A DNA stretch of 64,000 nt from a virus. Location: IMG/VR virus record IMGVR_UViG_3300045391_005044, one strand, 5' to 3'. Position numbers and translations under genes: made by a program. Within the stretch, counting starts at the first letter, position 1. Every line of letters begins with the position of its first letter. Under the pieces are notes generated by a model. The model saw only the letters and a list, made by a program, of their open reading frames with translations. It had not been told where the DNA came from and ran no database searches. This document shows, in pieces, positions 51,722 through 61,227 of this stretch.

Positions 51722-54007
51722 CTAAGCATTTTGATTTTGCAAATTTTGAGTGTTTTTGATAATCTCATTTTGCGCAATCGGGTTCTGAGGAGCTATTTTC
51801 CCCAGCTGTTTAACGAACTCTTTCTTGAGATCATGCTGCCTGTTTTGCATATCCATTACATCAGCCCTTGCCTGTTGCTCATGTGCCTGGTACTGTTGCA
51901 TTGCTCCTTCTTTTTCTACCTGGCTTGCCAGATCGGCTTCTTTTTTTGCCTGTTCTTTGGCCTGCATGCGGGCAAGTTCTTCTTTCTGCTTGGCGTTTTC
52001 TCGTATTGCATAAGCAATATAATCCGGAGTGGATCTTCCATATAAATTTGCGTACTGTTTCTGATCAATAATCTGCATCTGAAGGAATGCGGAAAGCATT
52101 TGATTACCAGCATTGATGAGCATTTCCTCTGAATTTTCACGTTTTATGAAGCAACGGAAGTCTTCCGGAAGCATGTCTCTGGATATCCTTATGGTCCTTA
52201 CGCCTTCGTCTCCAACGGCAATAGCAAGATTTCTTTCGCTGTCGCAGTATATCCTTTTTCCAATCGTGCACATGCTTTGATAGCATTGTTCTTCAATTCT
52301 GGTTATGGCATGATAAAACGGCTCCTGCATGAGCGATCCGCGTTGTATAAGGAGCTGCGTTACTCCAACAAGCTGGTCTGATCCTGTCGATTCTCCTTTT
52401 AAAGCCTCGTTTACGCCAGTGATCTCCTGCAGGCTATTTTTCATGGCATCCATGATGTTGAAGAGTACCATCGTTCCCTGCTTCACTGTTGTATCATATG
52501 CCCCGATGGCGTTCTGTATTCCCCTGCCTTTAGCATTGATGAATATTGGCTTGGACTGATTTATGCTGTTCAGTACTTCTTCCTTGTTCATAACCATGGA
52601 ATCATCAATTACGGTTCCTGATCCCCTGGAATTGTTGAGCTGATTTTCTGTTATGGACATGATCCTGTTGATGAATCGCTGCGGGCTTATGGCGTCGTCT
52701 ACCGGGCTCAATATCTCGCCATCTACGTATCCCCAGCAATAACACTTGTATGGATATTCTACGCTGTTAAATTCAATATTGTTCGCTTCCTGGTATGGTG
52801 CAATCCCATAATCAAGTACAATGTCAGGAAGGTTTTTCACGGCAAGGTCTGACGATGAGGTGACGATCTCCTGCGGTATGAAATGACAGGTTCGCATAAC
52901 ATCTACATACAACTTCCTTTTCATTTTCCCATTCAATATTTTCTGTGCTCGCTGTGATTTATTTTCAATCAGGTCTTTGTCGGTATATCTCGGCTTGTCT
53001 TCTCCTGGATACACAAAATTGATCCGGGTGAAGTAATCGTACCCATACTCATCTTTCACATATCCATATTCGTAAGTCTCTCCGTCTTTCCAGTAAACCT
53101 GAAACACTGGTACTTTTCCGGAGTTGCTGTACTGCGTGTTCTGATGGTTAGCTGTGCCCGTGATGCCGGTTTGAAACACCATCTTTCTGTATTGATCGGC
53201 GTATGACTGTATTGCCCTGCGCTGATCATCCGTAAGATCCGGATACGCCTCATAAATCTCTGAAGCCTCCATATACACAACCTCTCCCATGAACCCTGCG
53301 TCTTTCAAGTCATATCTTTTTGCGCTTCGATCAAAGAAGAAATTTTCAGATTGCACTACATAAAATTCCTGGTGGCCACCATATTCAAAAGTTTTCTTAA
53401 CTCCCAATCCGGTCAAGGCAAGATTTTCTGCGAGTGGCATTTGGGTGTTTGAAAATTCATTTCTTTCGGAAATGTATTTTAAAAGGTCGTTCATGGTGTT
53501 CACGTACCGGTCAACGTACAGATTTGAGAATATAGCCTCTGTTTCTGCGTCGCTATCGCCGATCGCTTTCTTTTTTTTCAGGTCTTCTCCGAAAGGGTTT
53601 CCTTCTTCGTTTGCAATCTTACTGTACCAAAGTTGCTCGGCCAGATGCTGCTCTCTCCGGTTTATTGCGTGCGGAGAAACGGACTTCACGTCGAAGTTTA
53701 TGCTCATGCGTATCGCGTTACCTCGATACTGCTCAACCATTGGGCGGATGAGGTTTCTCACCACCTTTATCCTGTTCCTGTTCTGGTTGGTTTCGTCCTT
53801 GAAGAATGATTCGGTATCTTCCTGCAGGATCCACTGATTGCCCTTATAGAAATTTTTGTTGAGGCGCACTTTCTCTACAAATTCATTTTGATAGAGATTG
53901 TTTGCCTGCCCAACGCAGAAGCGTCCGAATTTAAGGTGATATTCCTGATCCTTGTTATTTTCAAGGATGCTTGGCCTGGGCTGTCCGTTTGATATAAGAA
54001 AAAACAT
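51722..54007 (-). CDS. portal protein (candidate)
   Basis: 761 aa, between the terminase region and scaffold/capsid. The N-terminal NKNFYKGNQW...RNLIRPMVEQYRGN region is portal-like. Confidence 0.55.
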   Translation of the reverse strand: MFFLISNGQPRPSILENNKDQEYHLKFGRFCVGQANNLYQNEFVEKVRLNKNFYKGNQWILQEDTESFFKDETNQNRNRIKVVRNLIRPMVEQYRGNAIRMSINFDVKSVSPHAINRREQHLAEQLWYSKIANEEGNPFGEDLKKKKAIGDSDAETEAIFSNLYVDRYVNTMNDLLKYISERNEFSNTQMPLAENLALTGLGVKKTFEYGGHQEFYVVQSENFFFDRSAKRYDLKDAGFMGEVVYMEASEIYEAYPDLTDDQRRAIQSYADQYRKMVFQTGITGTANHQNTQYSNSGKVPVFQVYWKDGETYEYGYVKDEYGYDYFTRINFVYPGEDKPRYTDKDLIENKSQRAQKILNGKMKRKLYVDVMRTCHFIPQEIVTSSSDLAVKNLPDIVLDYGIAPYQEANNIEFNSVEYPYKCYCWGYVDGEILSPVDDAISPQRFINRIMSITENQLNNSRGSGTVIDDSMVMNKEEVLNSINQSKPIFINAKGRGIQNAIGAYDTTVKQGTMVLFNIMDAMKNSLQEITGVNEALKGESTGSDQLVGVTQLLIQRGSLMQEPFYHAITRIEEQCYQSMCTIGKRIYCDSERNLAIAVGDEGVRTIRISRDMLPEDFRCFIKRENSEEMLINAGNQMLSAFLQMQIIDQKQYANLYGRSTPDYIAYAIRENAKQKEELARMQAKEQAKKEADLASQVEKEGAMQQYQAHEQQARADVMDMQNRQHDLKKEFVKQLGKIAPQNPIAQNEIIKNTQNLQNQNA

Positions 54008-54633
54008 TATTTACGGTCCTTTTTTTGTTGGTGATACTTATCGATCGCTTTTGTAGAAATCTCTTCTCCCTTCTTGTTCTCGGTGATCCCAAATCCTTCT
54101 TCCAGCTGCTTTATGAGCATAGGGAATGCTTCAGATATTGTCTTTGTGCTGCTCACGTACTGACTGCGGGCGGTATAGTCCGTTTGCATGTTTCCTTCCT
54201 TGTCGGCGTACAAAAATGCGCTATCCACATCTATCTCAATCAGCTTCAAGTAATTTTTCATGATAGACTGCACGCCTCTTTTTGCAAGCATTCTTGCATT
54301 GGGGGAGTACGACTCCATTTTCTTTATAGCCTCTTTCACGGTGTCGTGAATCTCGAAGCTGGCATATCTTGCCTTGGTTTCCTTATCGTCTTTGAAAACT
54401 ATTGAGGCAGCGGTGGTGTACCGCATGCTTTGTGGAATGTCCGGATCTATGGGTGATGATGGATTACCGATCAGCCAGGCGAAGTGAAGTTCTTTGTCGG
54501 TAAGTATTTTTAGTTCCGGCTCCTCCTGCAGTTCCGGATACATTTTTTTGAGAGACTTTCCATTCCTTGGACCAAATAGAGTGATCTCTTCAATGTTGAA
54601 GACTATTTTATCGGTATTGGTTTTTTCTTCCAT
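54007..54633 (-). CDS. hypothetical protein between terminase and portal
   Basis: 208-aa ORF overlapping both neighbours. Confidence 0.5.
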   Translation of the reverse strand: MEEKTNTDKIVFNIEEITLFGPRNGKSLKKMYPELQEEPELKILTDKELHFAWLIGNPSSPIDPDIPQSMRYTTAASIVFKDDKETKARYASFEIHDTVKEAIKKMESYSPNARMLAKRGVQSIMKNYLKLIEIDVDSAFLYADKEGNMQTDYTARSQYVSSTKTISEAFPMLIKQLEEGFGITENKKGEEISTKAIDKYHQQKKDRK

Positions 54634-57001
54634 TTGGTCTTTCTATTACCGGAATTCTCACCAGGTTGTAATCTTTGTCGTATCCCATCTTGAATTTTAC
54701 CTCCGGGCGCTTTTTCGCTTCTTCTACGACATTTACAGGCACAAGTTCAGGGAAGCATAGTTCTGCACAAATATATGAAAAAACGAGAGCGAACAGAACG
54801 TCATCCTTAAAATACTTCTTGTTCATCGGCCCCCAGATCTCATTACCCCTGTCGGAGATCGTACACACGAAAGTTTTGAACTGTTCGAAGATCACCTCAA
54901 AATAGAAGTTATCACCGAATGCCGCTGTCATCTCGTACATTCGGTTTATGATCATAGTGTTCCTGGTGCCCTTATTGTCTATGCCTATACCCTCGTTCTT
55001 TGCGCTCTGGTTTTGAAAAGAGAACGGCAGCTGGTAGTTGAGCACAAACTCATTTCCGTAGCCTTTGGCGTTCTTATACTGGGTATATGATGTTCCCCGG
55101 TTGCTCTCCACGAGATCCTTCACGCCGCGCTTTGTTTCCTCTACGTCATAGTATATTCCAAGCAGGAGTGTCTGCAGGAAAACTTCCGGGTAGTCTTTTG
55201 TCCGGTAGTTGAGTATAGCCGCTGGTGCTTTGTAGTACTTGTCCCAGATGCAGGAGGCCATGTTTGACAAGCCGGTATCTGTGTCGATCGGATCCGTGCC
55301 CTGGAAGTACCTGTTCTTCCATCCGTGCTTGGGGTGCATGAATATTGTCACCGATGCACGGGCATCAATATCTTCCGTTGGCACGAAGTTGGCCCCGATT
55401 ATTTTGTAGGGAACATCGGAATTTTCATCTGCCGGCGCACCGTAATCGTATATCGGTTCAAAGTATCCGGACTGGTGCAATTCAAAATTTTTGTTAAATT
55501 TTGCTTCATTGATTCTTTTGAGAGCGTTTTCGATGTAATCATCATCAAAAAGGGTCTTCGCGCGGGTGCGGAACACGTCCGACAGGGATGACGGATAGGA
55601 TTGGTGGAATTCGGTAATGTGTCTCTTCGCATCCGGATCCTGCTTGTCTTCTCCTTTGGCGTACGCTACCCTTTTCTCGTTGTCAAAGTCTTCCTGGCGG
55701 ATACCTGGTCTGCAGGTCCAATCGAAGAATATCGGTATGATGCTGGATGAGTAGTCTCCTTTATCCCAGGCTGTTTTTATAGCCATGAATTCGGTCTCAA
55801 AGGCTTTACCTCCTTTTTCCATCTCACCACCGGTACCCCAGAACCATAGCCGGCGTTTTACTTCCAGTTTTTTTGTTTTTGGGTTGTACCAGCGCATTGT
55901 TGGCCTGGCGTTTCCGATCATGATACCAAGGATGTTGATGTTACCAGCCTCATCGATCTTCACCTTTTGTGGTGCACCACCGGCAATGGCTGTCCTTTTG
56001 GGTGCCACGACCATGATTTTAGAGCCTACCCCGTCTTTTGTGCCTTTTTCTGGCTTGTTGCCGAGCTTGAAGAGGTTGTCACGTTCATTGAGGACGTTGG
56101 GCTTCATCCACCACGGCAGCTCGGAGAATACGAATTTGAGCTTATCCTCGAAGATCTCCTGCGCTTTTTCGACGTCTTCTGTGATGAACTTCATGAAGTG
56201 ATTGGTCTTGAACACTGCATCGCGTACGTCGAGGGCCATGAGGGTTGTTGTCGCTGCGATCTGGCGTCCTTTGGCAATACCGCAGGAGTATCCGCAGTCA
56301 TCCAGGTAGGCCATAACCTCGTGCACCGGTCGGGCTATGTACTTTATGCGACCCGATTCATCATCGCCTTCTTTGTAGTACACGTATTTGTTGAGGAAGT
56401 ACAGGGCGTTTTCGTCACAGCGCAGTAGTTCCTGCAGCTTGAACTCTTCTCTTTCATCTTCGTCTTCAAAGTCAGTGTAGCTGCTTTTTTCTGACAGCCA
56501 TGTGTATGCTTGCTGGCAGTACAGTGCGAACTTCCGGAAGTTGGTTTTATTCTTGAAGCCGTAGTTGTTGATGGAGTTTACCCACTCCACAAAAGCCGGT
56601 TCATGTTCTGTTGTGGACTTCGGCGCCCAGTCTTCTCTGGTTATTGGCTCCGATCGTCCTTCAAAAACGAGTCCGTGTAGCTTTCGTCGCTCTTCCAGCT
56701 CTTCATCGGTGAGGACTTCAACTTTCGATCCGCCGTGATCACCGATAACGATGTCTACTCTTTTGTCGATCTCCCGGTTTTTGTCTGTGGCAAATGTGAG
56801 CTTGTGCTCGTTGATCTTGTCTTCTTTTAGAGCCTTCTCTGCCGGGGCAGTTTCTCTCTCCTGGATATAGCCTCTCTGTTTGAGTAGGGCGAGGTTATCA
56901 GGGCCGATCTCTACCTGCTGTAGATAGAGGTCGTAGAGGAAGTCGAGGTGATTCTCCCGGATGATCTTACTGCCTTCTCTGCCGTTGTATCTTTTTTCCA
57001 T
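54608..57001 (-). CDS. terL: terminase large subunit
   Basis: Walker A-like GIAKGRQIAATTT, Walker B-like KVKIDEAGN, large size, adjacent to the portal. The start is moved to ATG 57001 (MEKRYNGREG), 2 nt after the upstream stop. The tracked start at 57070 overlaps the upstream gene by 65 nt. Confidence 0.7.
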   Translation of the reverse strand: MEKRYNGREGSKIIRENHLDFLYDLYLQQVEIGPDNLALLKQRGYIQERETAPAEKALKEDKINEHKLTFATDKNREIDKRVDIVIGDHGGSKVEVLTDEELEERRKLHGLVFEGRSEPITREDWAPKSTTEHEPAFVEWVNSINNYGFKNKTNFRKFALYCQQAYTWLSEKSSYTDFEDEDEREEFKLQELLRCDENALYFLNKYVYYKEGDDESGRIKYIARPVHEVMAYLDDCGYSCGIAKGRQIAATTTLMALDVRDAVFKTNHFMKFITEDVEKAQEIFEDKLKFVFSELPWWMKPNVLNERDNLFKLGNKPEKGTKDGVGSKIMVVAPKRTAIAGGAPQKVKIDEAGNINILGIMIGNARPTMRWYNPKTKKLEVKRRLWFWGTGGEMEKGGKAFETEFMAIKTAWDKGDYSSSIIPIFFDWTCRPGIRQEDFDNEKRVAYAKGEDKQDPDAKRHITEFHQSYPSSLSDVFRTRAKTLFDDDYIENALKRINEAKFNKNFELHQSGYFEPIYDYGAPADENSDVPYKIIGANFVPTEDIDARASVTIFMHPKHGWKNRYFQGTDPIDTDTGLSNMASCIWDKYYKAPAAILNYRTKDYPEVFLQTLLLGIYYDVEETKRGVKDLVESNRGTSYTQYKNAKGYGNEFVLNYQLPFSFQNQSAKNEGIGIDNKGTRNTMIINRMYEMTAAFGDNFYFEVIFEQFKTFVCTISDRGNEIWGPMNKKYFKDDVLFALVFSYICAELCFPELVPVNVVEEAKKRPEVKFKMGYDKDYNLVRIPVIERPNGRKNQYR

Positions 57002-57005
57002 ACGG

Positions 57006-57269
57006 TTACCAGCGTTTGTCGGGGCAGTCGTTGAGTAACTGGCGCACTTTTGCGGACAGCAGGCATCCACAGAGGTTACATCCCATTCCTTTTATTTCTT
57101 CGGTAAGTCCTGAAGGTAGTAATTTCTTGAATAAGTGGTCTGGCCGCGCGTGTGGACACGCGGCGCAGACCTTTGCTCTTTCTTTGGCAAGAGTTTCGAA
57201 TGACTCGGAAGGGAAGGTCACATTTTTGAATCCAGAAACAATAGCTCTGAAGTTGGTCCAGGTTGACAT
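57006..57269 (-). CDS. small Cys-rich zinc-binding protein, first gene of the late operon
   Basis: CAACPHARPDH...GCNLCGCLLSAKVRQLLNDCPDKRW. A TerS role is not supported by sequence. Confidence 0.5.
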   Translation of the reverse strand: MSTWTNFRAIVSGFKNVTFPSESFETLAKERAKVCAACPHARPDHLFKKLLPSGLTEEIKGMGCNLCGCLLSAKVRQLLNDCPDKRW

Positions 57270-57274
57270 AGTGA

Positions 57275-57282
57275 CAAAGATA
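57275..57282 (-). promoter_or_regulatory. -7 box TATCTTTG 5 nt upstream of ATG (leaderless-type late promoter)
   Basis: The minus strand reads TATCTTTG-tcact-ATG for the gene starting at 57269. Confidence 0.4.
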
Positions 57283-57371
57283 AAAATTTTATTTTGATGA
57301 ATGAATCAGTAATCGGATTATCGGGCATCCGTGTGAGTTACCTATTTATGTTCCCATAAAAAAGCATACTA

Positions 57372-58016
57372 CTACAAAAAATAAGAATTAGCAAGCCTTT
57401 TGGAGACAAACCCATCTTTAGACACAAAGAGCTCATTATTCCAACGAAGTGCATTTGAAAGCCAGGGCTTGTCATTTATATTACCAAAATTTCTGTAGTT
57501 ATGGAATTTTTGAACGAGTCCAACATCAACAAGCCTTTTCATTATTCTTCCAGCACCGGACAAGGAAGTAGCAAATATTTTTGCTATTTTTTTGATTGAG
57601 ATTGAGAAGCCAAGACTTTCACAGATTTGTATCTCCTTAACATTATAACGTTTGCGCATTCTAATGGTTTTGGGAGATACGTAGTTACCCAAATTTTTGT
57701 CGTCTTGCATCTTCTGCACGTACTCAAACCTGCTCCTGGTCACTTTCAGAATCAGGAGCTGTAATTCTTCTTGTATTTGCTTATAGCCTTTATTTTTGGC
57801 GTCGAAATCCATCCTTACGCCTTTTTTACTGATCTCGTATATCTTTCCGATCGACACGAAGGAAAGGTTACCATCCCTATCCACACACCATCCGTCCTTC
57901 AAGAACATCTTAACGTACCTACCACAGGCTGTACGAGAAAGCCCAGACTTCTTAGCCAGATTTTTGATGGACCAGTTATAGTAACAGGAGTTGGAGTAAA
58001 GATTCTTGAAATGCAT
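57372..58016 (-). CDS. HTH DNA-binding protein (regulator candidate)
   Basis: LAKKSGLSRTACGRYVKMFLKDGW is helix-turn-helix-like. The tracked start at 58091 is TTG and abuts a terminator. The first ATG is 58016 (MHFKNLYS). Confidence 0.45.
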   Translation of the reverse strand: MHFKNLYSNSCYYNWSIKNLAKKSGLSRTACGRYVKMFLKDGWCVDRDGNLSFVSIGKIYEISKKGVRMDFDAKNKGYKQIQEELQLLILKVTRSRFEYVQKMQDDKNLGNYVSPKTIRMRKRYNVKEIQICESLGFSISIKKIAKIFATSLSGAGRIMKRLVDVGLVQKFHNYRNFGNINDKPWLSNALRWNNELFVSKDGFVSKRLANSYFL

Positions 58017-58083
58017 GAACACAGCGAGCTTTTTGATCTCACCGTGAGCGGCTGCGCAGGATAGTATTTCAACGTTTAGTTTC

Positions 58084-58121
58084 AAAAACAAAAAAGCCGA
58101 AGGCGTATGCGGCGCCTTCGG
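58084..58121 (-). terminator. rho-independent terminator (minus-strand orientation)
   Basis: 9-bp GC-rich stem CCGAAGGCG/CGCCTTCGG with a 7-nt loop, followed on the minus strand by CTTTTTTGTTTTTG. Confidence 0.5.
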
Positions 58122-58248
58122 ACTCTTTTAATGTTGTCGCCGCCTCAGCAGCAAAGCGACAGCAATGTCTTTGCGTAATACCGCATATATTACTTCTTGG
58201 CAAATGTAGAAACTTTTTCCCAAAAACAAACATTTCCTGAAAAATATT

Positions 58249-58277
58249 TTTGTGCCGGGGAAATTTTTCTATATTTG
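58249..58277 (+). promoter_or_regulatory. Bacteroidota-type promoter
   Basis: TTTG (58249-58252), 17-nt spacer, TATATTTG (58270-58277), 30 nt upstream of the ATG at 58308. Confidence 0.45.
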
Positions 58278-58307
58278 TGATCTAAATCAACAACAAAGAC
58301 ATTTATC

Positions 58308-58577
58308 ATGAGCGCAATAGCCAAACCTTATGTACACTTTACGAACTCTACTACTCCGAGCCAGTATGTATCCGTAGAGCACGTTCTTTCTGTAGACGCC
58401 CTGGACATCCCTGCGGTGCCGAACCAGCCCAGCTCAACGGCTAAGTACCAGATCGTAGTTACCTATCAGGATCCGGACAACAAAGCCCGCACATCGATCA
58501 TCAACTTTTTAACAAGCGCAGCCCGCAACACCAGTCTTGGTAATTTCAAGACGGCGATGTCTGCGCCGATCGCATAA
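58308..58577 (+). CDS. hypothetical protein
   Basis: 89-aa ORF downstream of the promoter. Confidence 0.5.
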   Translation: MSAIAKPYVHFTNSTTPSQYVSVEHVLSVDALDIPAVPNQPSSTAKYQIVVTYQDPDNKARTSIINFLTSAARNTSLGNFKTAMSAPIA

Positions 58578-58609
58578 TAAAAACATTTTTGCTCCTGACA
58601 CAGCAAACA

Positions 58610-58732
58610 ATGAAAATAGGATTCTCAGCAGCAATGATGGGGACCTTCAAAAGACTTCTAAAGCCTGTGTGTCAGCGGGCAGTAAGAGGTCTTTTGTTTT
58701 TTGTAGAAAACCCTTTAAACCCTGAAATATGA
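58610..58732 (+). CDS. very small (40 aa) ORF, not in ORF track
   Basis: MKIGFSAAMMGTFKRLLKPVCQRAVRGLLFFVENPLNPEI. Its stop overlaps the next ATG (ATGA at 58729-58732). Confidence 0.3.
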   Translation: MKIGFSAAMMGTFKRLLKPVCQRAVRGLLFFVENPLNPEI

Positions 58733-59046
58733 ATAACGAACAACGACTGACAGCTGATCAAAAATTATCCTTCGCCAAAATCATCATGCTATTGCTGGCT
58801 ACGGCACTGGTGTTCATGATATATTACTACGATAAGCAGCGCGATCGAGCTGACGACCTGCAGGCTAAAAAAGACCTGGCCGACTCCACGCTTCAGAAGG
58901 AAAAGAAGATGTTCTGCCAAAAGATGAACGACACGCTCGATCAGTACTACCTGATAAACAAAAAGGATCTGGAGCTGCAGGCCGTGATCCACATCGACAC
59001 AAATTCTCTCGACACAATAACCCTTAAAAATAAAACAGAAAAATGA
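58729..59046 (+). CDS. single-pass membrane protein, hypothetical
   Basis: TM helix FAKIIMLLLATALVFMIYYY followed by a coiled region. Confidence 0.5.
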   Translation: MNNEQRLTADQKLSFAKIIMLLLATALVFMIYYYDKQRDRADDLQAKKDLADSTLQKEKKMFCQKMNDTLDQYYLINKKDLELQAVIHIDTNSLDTITLKNKTEK

Positions 59047-59960
59047 GTACAGAATCAGGATTGCCTGGGCATTCCATCAATGAAGGATACCCATACAACG
59101 AGATCGTAACGCGTGGTGCTATGCCAAACCGGCTGGCGTTCGGCGTAAACGAAAAAGGACAAATCTTAGTCAACTGGAACCCGGAAGTGTTCCAGGTAGA
59201 AGATGCTCCGGAAGCACTGAAGGACTTCTTCATCCACCGGCTGGCGGACTACCACGAAGCGTTGAATACCGCTGAGGGGCAGATCGAGGACATCCTCAAC
59301 GAGATGCCATTCATCCCTGAGGAGTTCGACTTTGAGCTGATCGTGAAGCCAGAGGACATCAGTGACAGTCCGGTAAGGCTATACCAGTCCAAACATTGCC
59401 CGGAGTATTCGCTGTACCGCCCGCTGGGTGATCCGAATGACCTCAACTGGGATCCTGCGCAGTGGGTGATCCTCAAGAAGGAGAGCGACAACACATTTAA
59501 GCCGATACCAGTTAATATCCCGTGCCACCGTATAGCCTATGCGTTGTTCTATGCGCTTGGCATCCGCATTCGCCCGGATATGAGCAAGGTGATGCATGAG
59601 GCGAGCACATCGGCGCCAGTGAGGGAGGAGGAGCAAAAAGTTGTAAACATTACGAGTGATGAAAACGGCAATTATTATCCAGGATTGGGTACAGTGGCTA
59701 TAAAGGAAAGCATTCCTGGTGAAGATTGGCCTGTTCCACCTGCTGATAAAATAACGACTCCTGGACAAGTATACTTCGACGTATCGTATTCCCGTCCTGG
59801 TCAGCACCCGGTGGTGAAATTTGAGAGGATCGCGGCTGAGGACGAAAAGGACGCCATCACCAAGGCCAAGTTCATGGTGGAGACCGATCCGAATAGCGGT
59901 GATCAGGTTCACACGGCAGAGTTCGAGCATTTCAAGGCAATTCAAATCCCAACATTCTGA
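59043..59960 (+). CDS. hypothetical protein
   Basis: 305-aa ORF with ATGA coupling upstream. Confidence 0.55.
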   Translation: MSTESGLPGHSINEGYPYNEIVTRGAMPNRLAFGVNEKGQILVNWNPEVFQVEDAPEALKDFFIHRLADYHEALNTAEGQIEDILNEMPFIPEEFDFELIVKPEDISDSPVRLYQSKHCPEYSLYRPLGDPNDLNWDPAQWVILKKESDNTFKPIPVNIPCHRIAYALFYALGIRIRPDMSKVMHEASTSAPVREEEQKVVNITSDENGNYYPGLGTVAIKESIPGEDWPVPPADKITTPGQVYFDVSYSRPGQHPVVKFERIAAEDEKDAITKAKFMVETDPNSGDQVHTAEFEHFKAIQIPTF

Positions 59961-59963
59961 GCC

Positions 59964-60335
59964 ATGCTAAAAGAAAGAAATCCAACGGAGGAAGAGAGCA
60001 ATTTACTCGCTTCCTCCAGCCTGTTAGCTGCACTGAAGCTGAGATACCCCAAAGACACATCTCTGGTGGAAATAAACGAAAACGGATCAGTAAAAAATTG
60101 GTATGTTATCGGACCGGAAGGAATAATTGAAAGCAAACCCGGATCGGGTCAGTGTTTTTGCCATCCAGGAGCCCACAGGCATTCTGAATTATGGAGAGGT
60201 GATCACATAAGAGCCCAAACCGAATTAGAAGGCTATAAACTGTTGGTGAAGAGCCTGAGTGTAAGGATGATGATCATCGTTATTTTTACGGCGATTATGG
60301 CTACATGCCTTGCTGTTTCGTTAGTTGTAAAGTAA
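59964..60335 (+). CDS. hypothetical protein with C-terminal TM helix
   Basis: 123 aa. C-terminus MMIIVIFTAIMATCLAVSLVV. Confidence 0.5.
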   Translation: MLKERNPTEEESNLLASSSLLAALKLRYPKDTSLVEINENGSVKNWYVIGPEGIIESKPGSGQCFCHPGAHRHSELWRGDHIRAQTELEGYKLLVKSLSVRMMIIVIFTAIMATCLAVSLVVK

Positions 60336-60371
60336 ATTGCCTTGGGAGGGCATCGTAAAACCCAAAAAAAA

Positions 60372-60665
60372 ATGGAACCATCAAACAATAATCCAACACG
60401 TCCAGGAATCGGAAACTCACGGAGAGAAGAATCAGAACAACCTAAGCTAACATTTGGACAGAAAGCTGTAGGAGCGAACTTCAACCCGTCGAATGACTCT
60501 GCGGTAGATCGCATAAAAGCGATTTATGCCAATGCGATCGATGAGATCAACCGCCTGCGTAACGAAACGGAGTCAGGGGAAGTAAAAAGAATGGCATCAT
60601 TAGCCATCACTGAAACTCAAGCGGCTCAAATGTGGGCCGTAAAGGCGATTACCTGGAAGGATTAA
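60372..60665 (+). CDS. hypothetical protein (conserved phage small-protein pattern)
   Basis: The tracked start at 60342 is TTG; the ATG is at 60372. The FNPS..V..IK...A..ID...R..SLAIT..E.A.MWAVKA pattern recurs in small phage proteins of unknown function. Confidence 0.5.
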   Translation: MEPSNNNPTRPGIGNSRREESEQPKLTFGQKAVGANFNPSNDSAVDRIKAIYANAIDEINRLRNETESGEVKRMASLAITETQAAQMWAVKAITWKD

Positions 60666-60667
60666 CC

Positions 60668-60862
60668 ATGAACACTTGTTCCTATTGCGGTCGGCCGGTC
60701 CACGAATCAGCGGATGTCGTGTGTGACTGGCCACCGCATGCGGATAGCCACAAAAAAATGATGAGGTACCAAAAGGATACCTCATTTTTAGTTTCTGTAA
60801 AGCCTGGTGGGCGGATGCCGGTGCTGTTATGCGAGCTGTACCGCGCTATCGTTGGTGTCTGA
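60668..60862 (+). CDS. small CxxC protein (3' end uncertain)
   Basis: MNTCSYCGRPVHESADVVCDWPPH. A terminator hairpin lies inside the ORF ~75 nt before its stop. Confidence 0.35.
   Translation: MNTCSYCGRPVHESADVVCDWPPHADSHKKMMRYQKDTSFLVSVKPGGRMPVLLCELYRAIVGV
60761..60789. terminator. bidirectional terminator between convergent small-gene arms
   Basis: ATGAGGTA-ccaaaagga-TACCTCAT, flanked by A7 upstream and T5 downstream. Confidence 0.5.
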
Positions 60863-61055
60863 TTTCTATTTTTTGAAGACGCAGGAATATTATTTTCAAA
60901 ACGTGAGGGATTTGATCTCTTATCAGGTTCCATTGGTTTTCAGTATAGCCTGTTTCAGCTCTGTATCCTTTTTCGACGACAGATCTCAGTTCTTCGGCTT
61001 TATCTTCAAGCCTTTTTTTCTCAGCTGCCACTAGCCAGTATGTTTTTGATCCCAT
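60846..61055 (-). CDS. hypothetical small protein
   Basis: 69-aa ORF, last gene of the leftward arm. Confidence 0.4.
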   Translation of the reverse strand: MGSKTYWLVAAEKKRLEDKAEELRSVVEKGYRAETGYTENQWNLIRDQIPHVLKIIFLRLQKIEIRHQR

Positions 61056-61082
61056 TATTTTTATTTTATATAAATATGAAAA

Positions 61083-61214
61083 TTAGACATTGTGTTTTGA
61101 AGGTGAAGTCCTTTCATGGATAGAGCCTCGTCTTTGGAAAGCTCCGGGAAGAAACCTGTTCCCTTCTTTTGTAGATGTGTACCAGCTGCCTGGCTTTGGT
61201 GCTTCTTTTTTCAT
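61083..61214 (-). CDS. very small (43 aa) ORF, not in ORF track
   Basis: MKKEAPKPGSWYTSTKEGNRFLPGAFQRRGSIHERTSPSKHNV. Fills the 61056-61227 gap. Confidence 0.25.
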   Translation of the reverse strand: MKKEAPKPGSWYTSTKEGNRFLPGAFQRRGSIHERTSPSKHNV

Positions 61215-61227
61215 ATATGCGTCAGAT

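Noticed and set aside
57006-57269. Assigning the 87-aa Cys-rich protein upstream of TerL as the small terminase subunit.
   Set aside because: Position alone is suggestive, but the sequence is a Cys-rich zinc-ribbon type with no TerS-like HTH or oligomerisation features that I can recognise.
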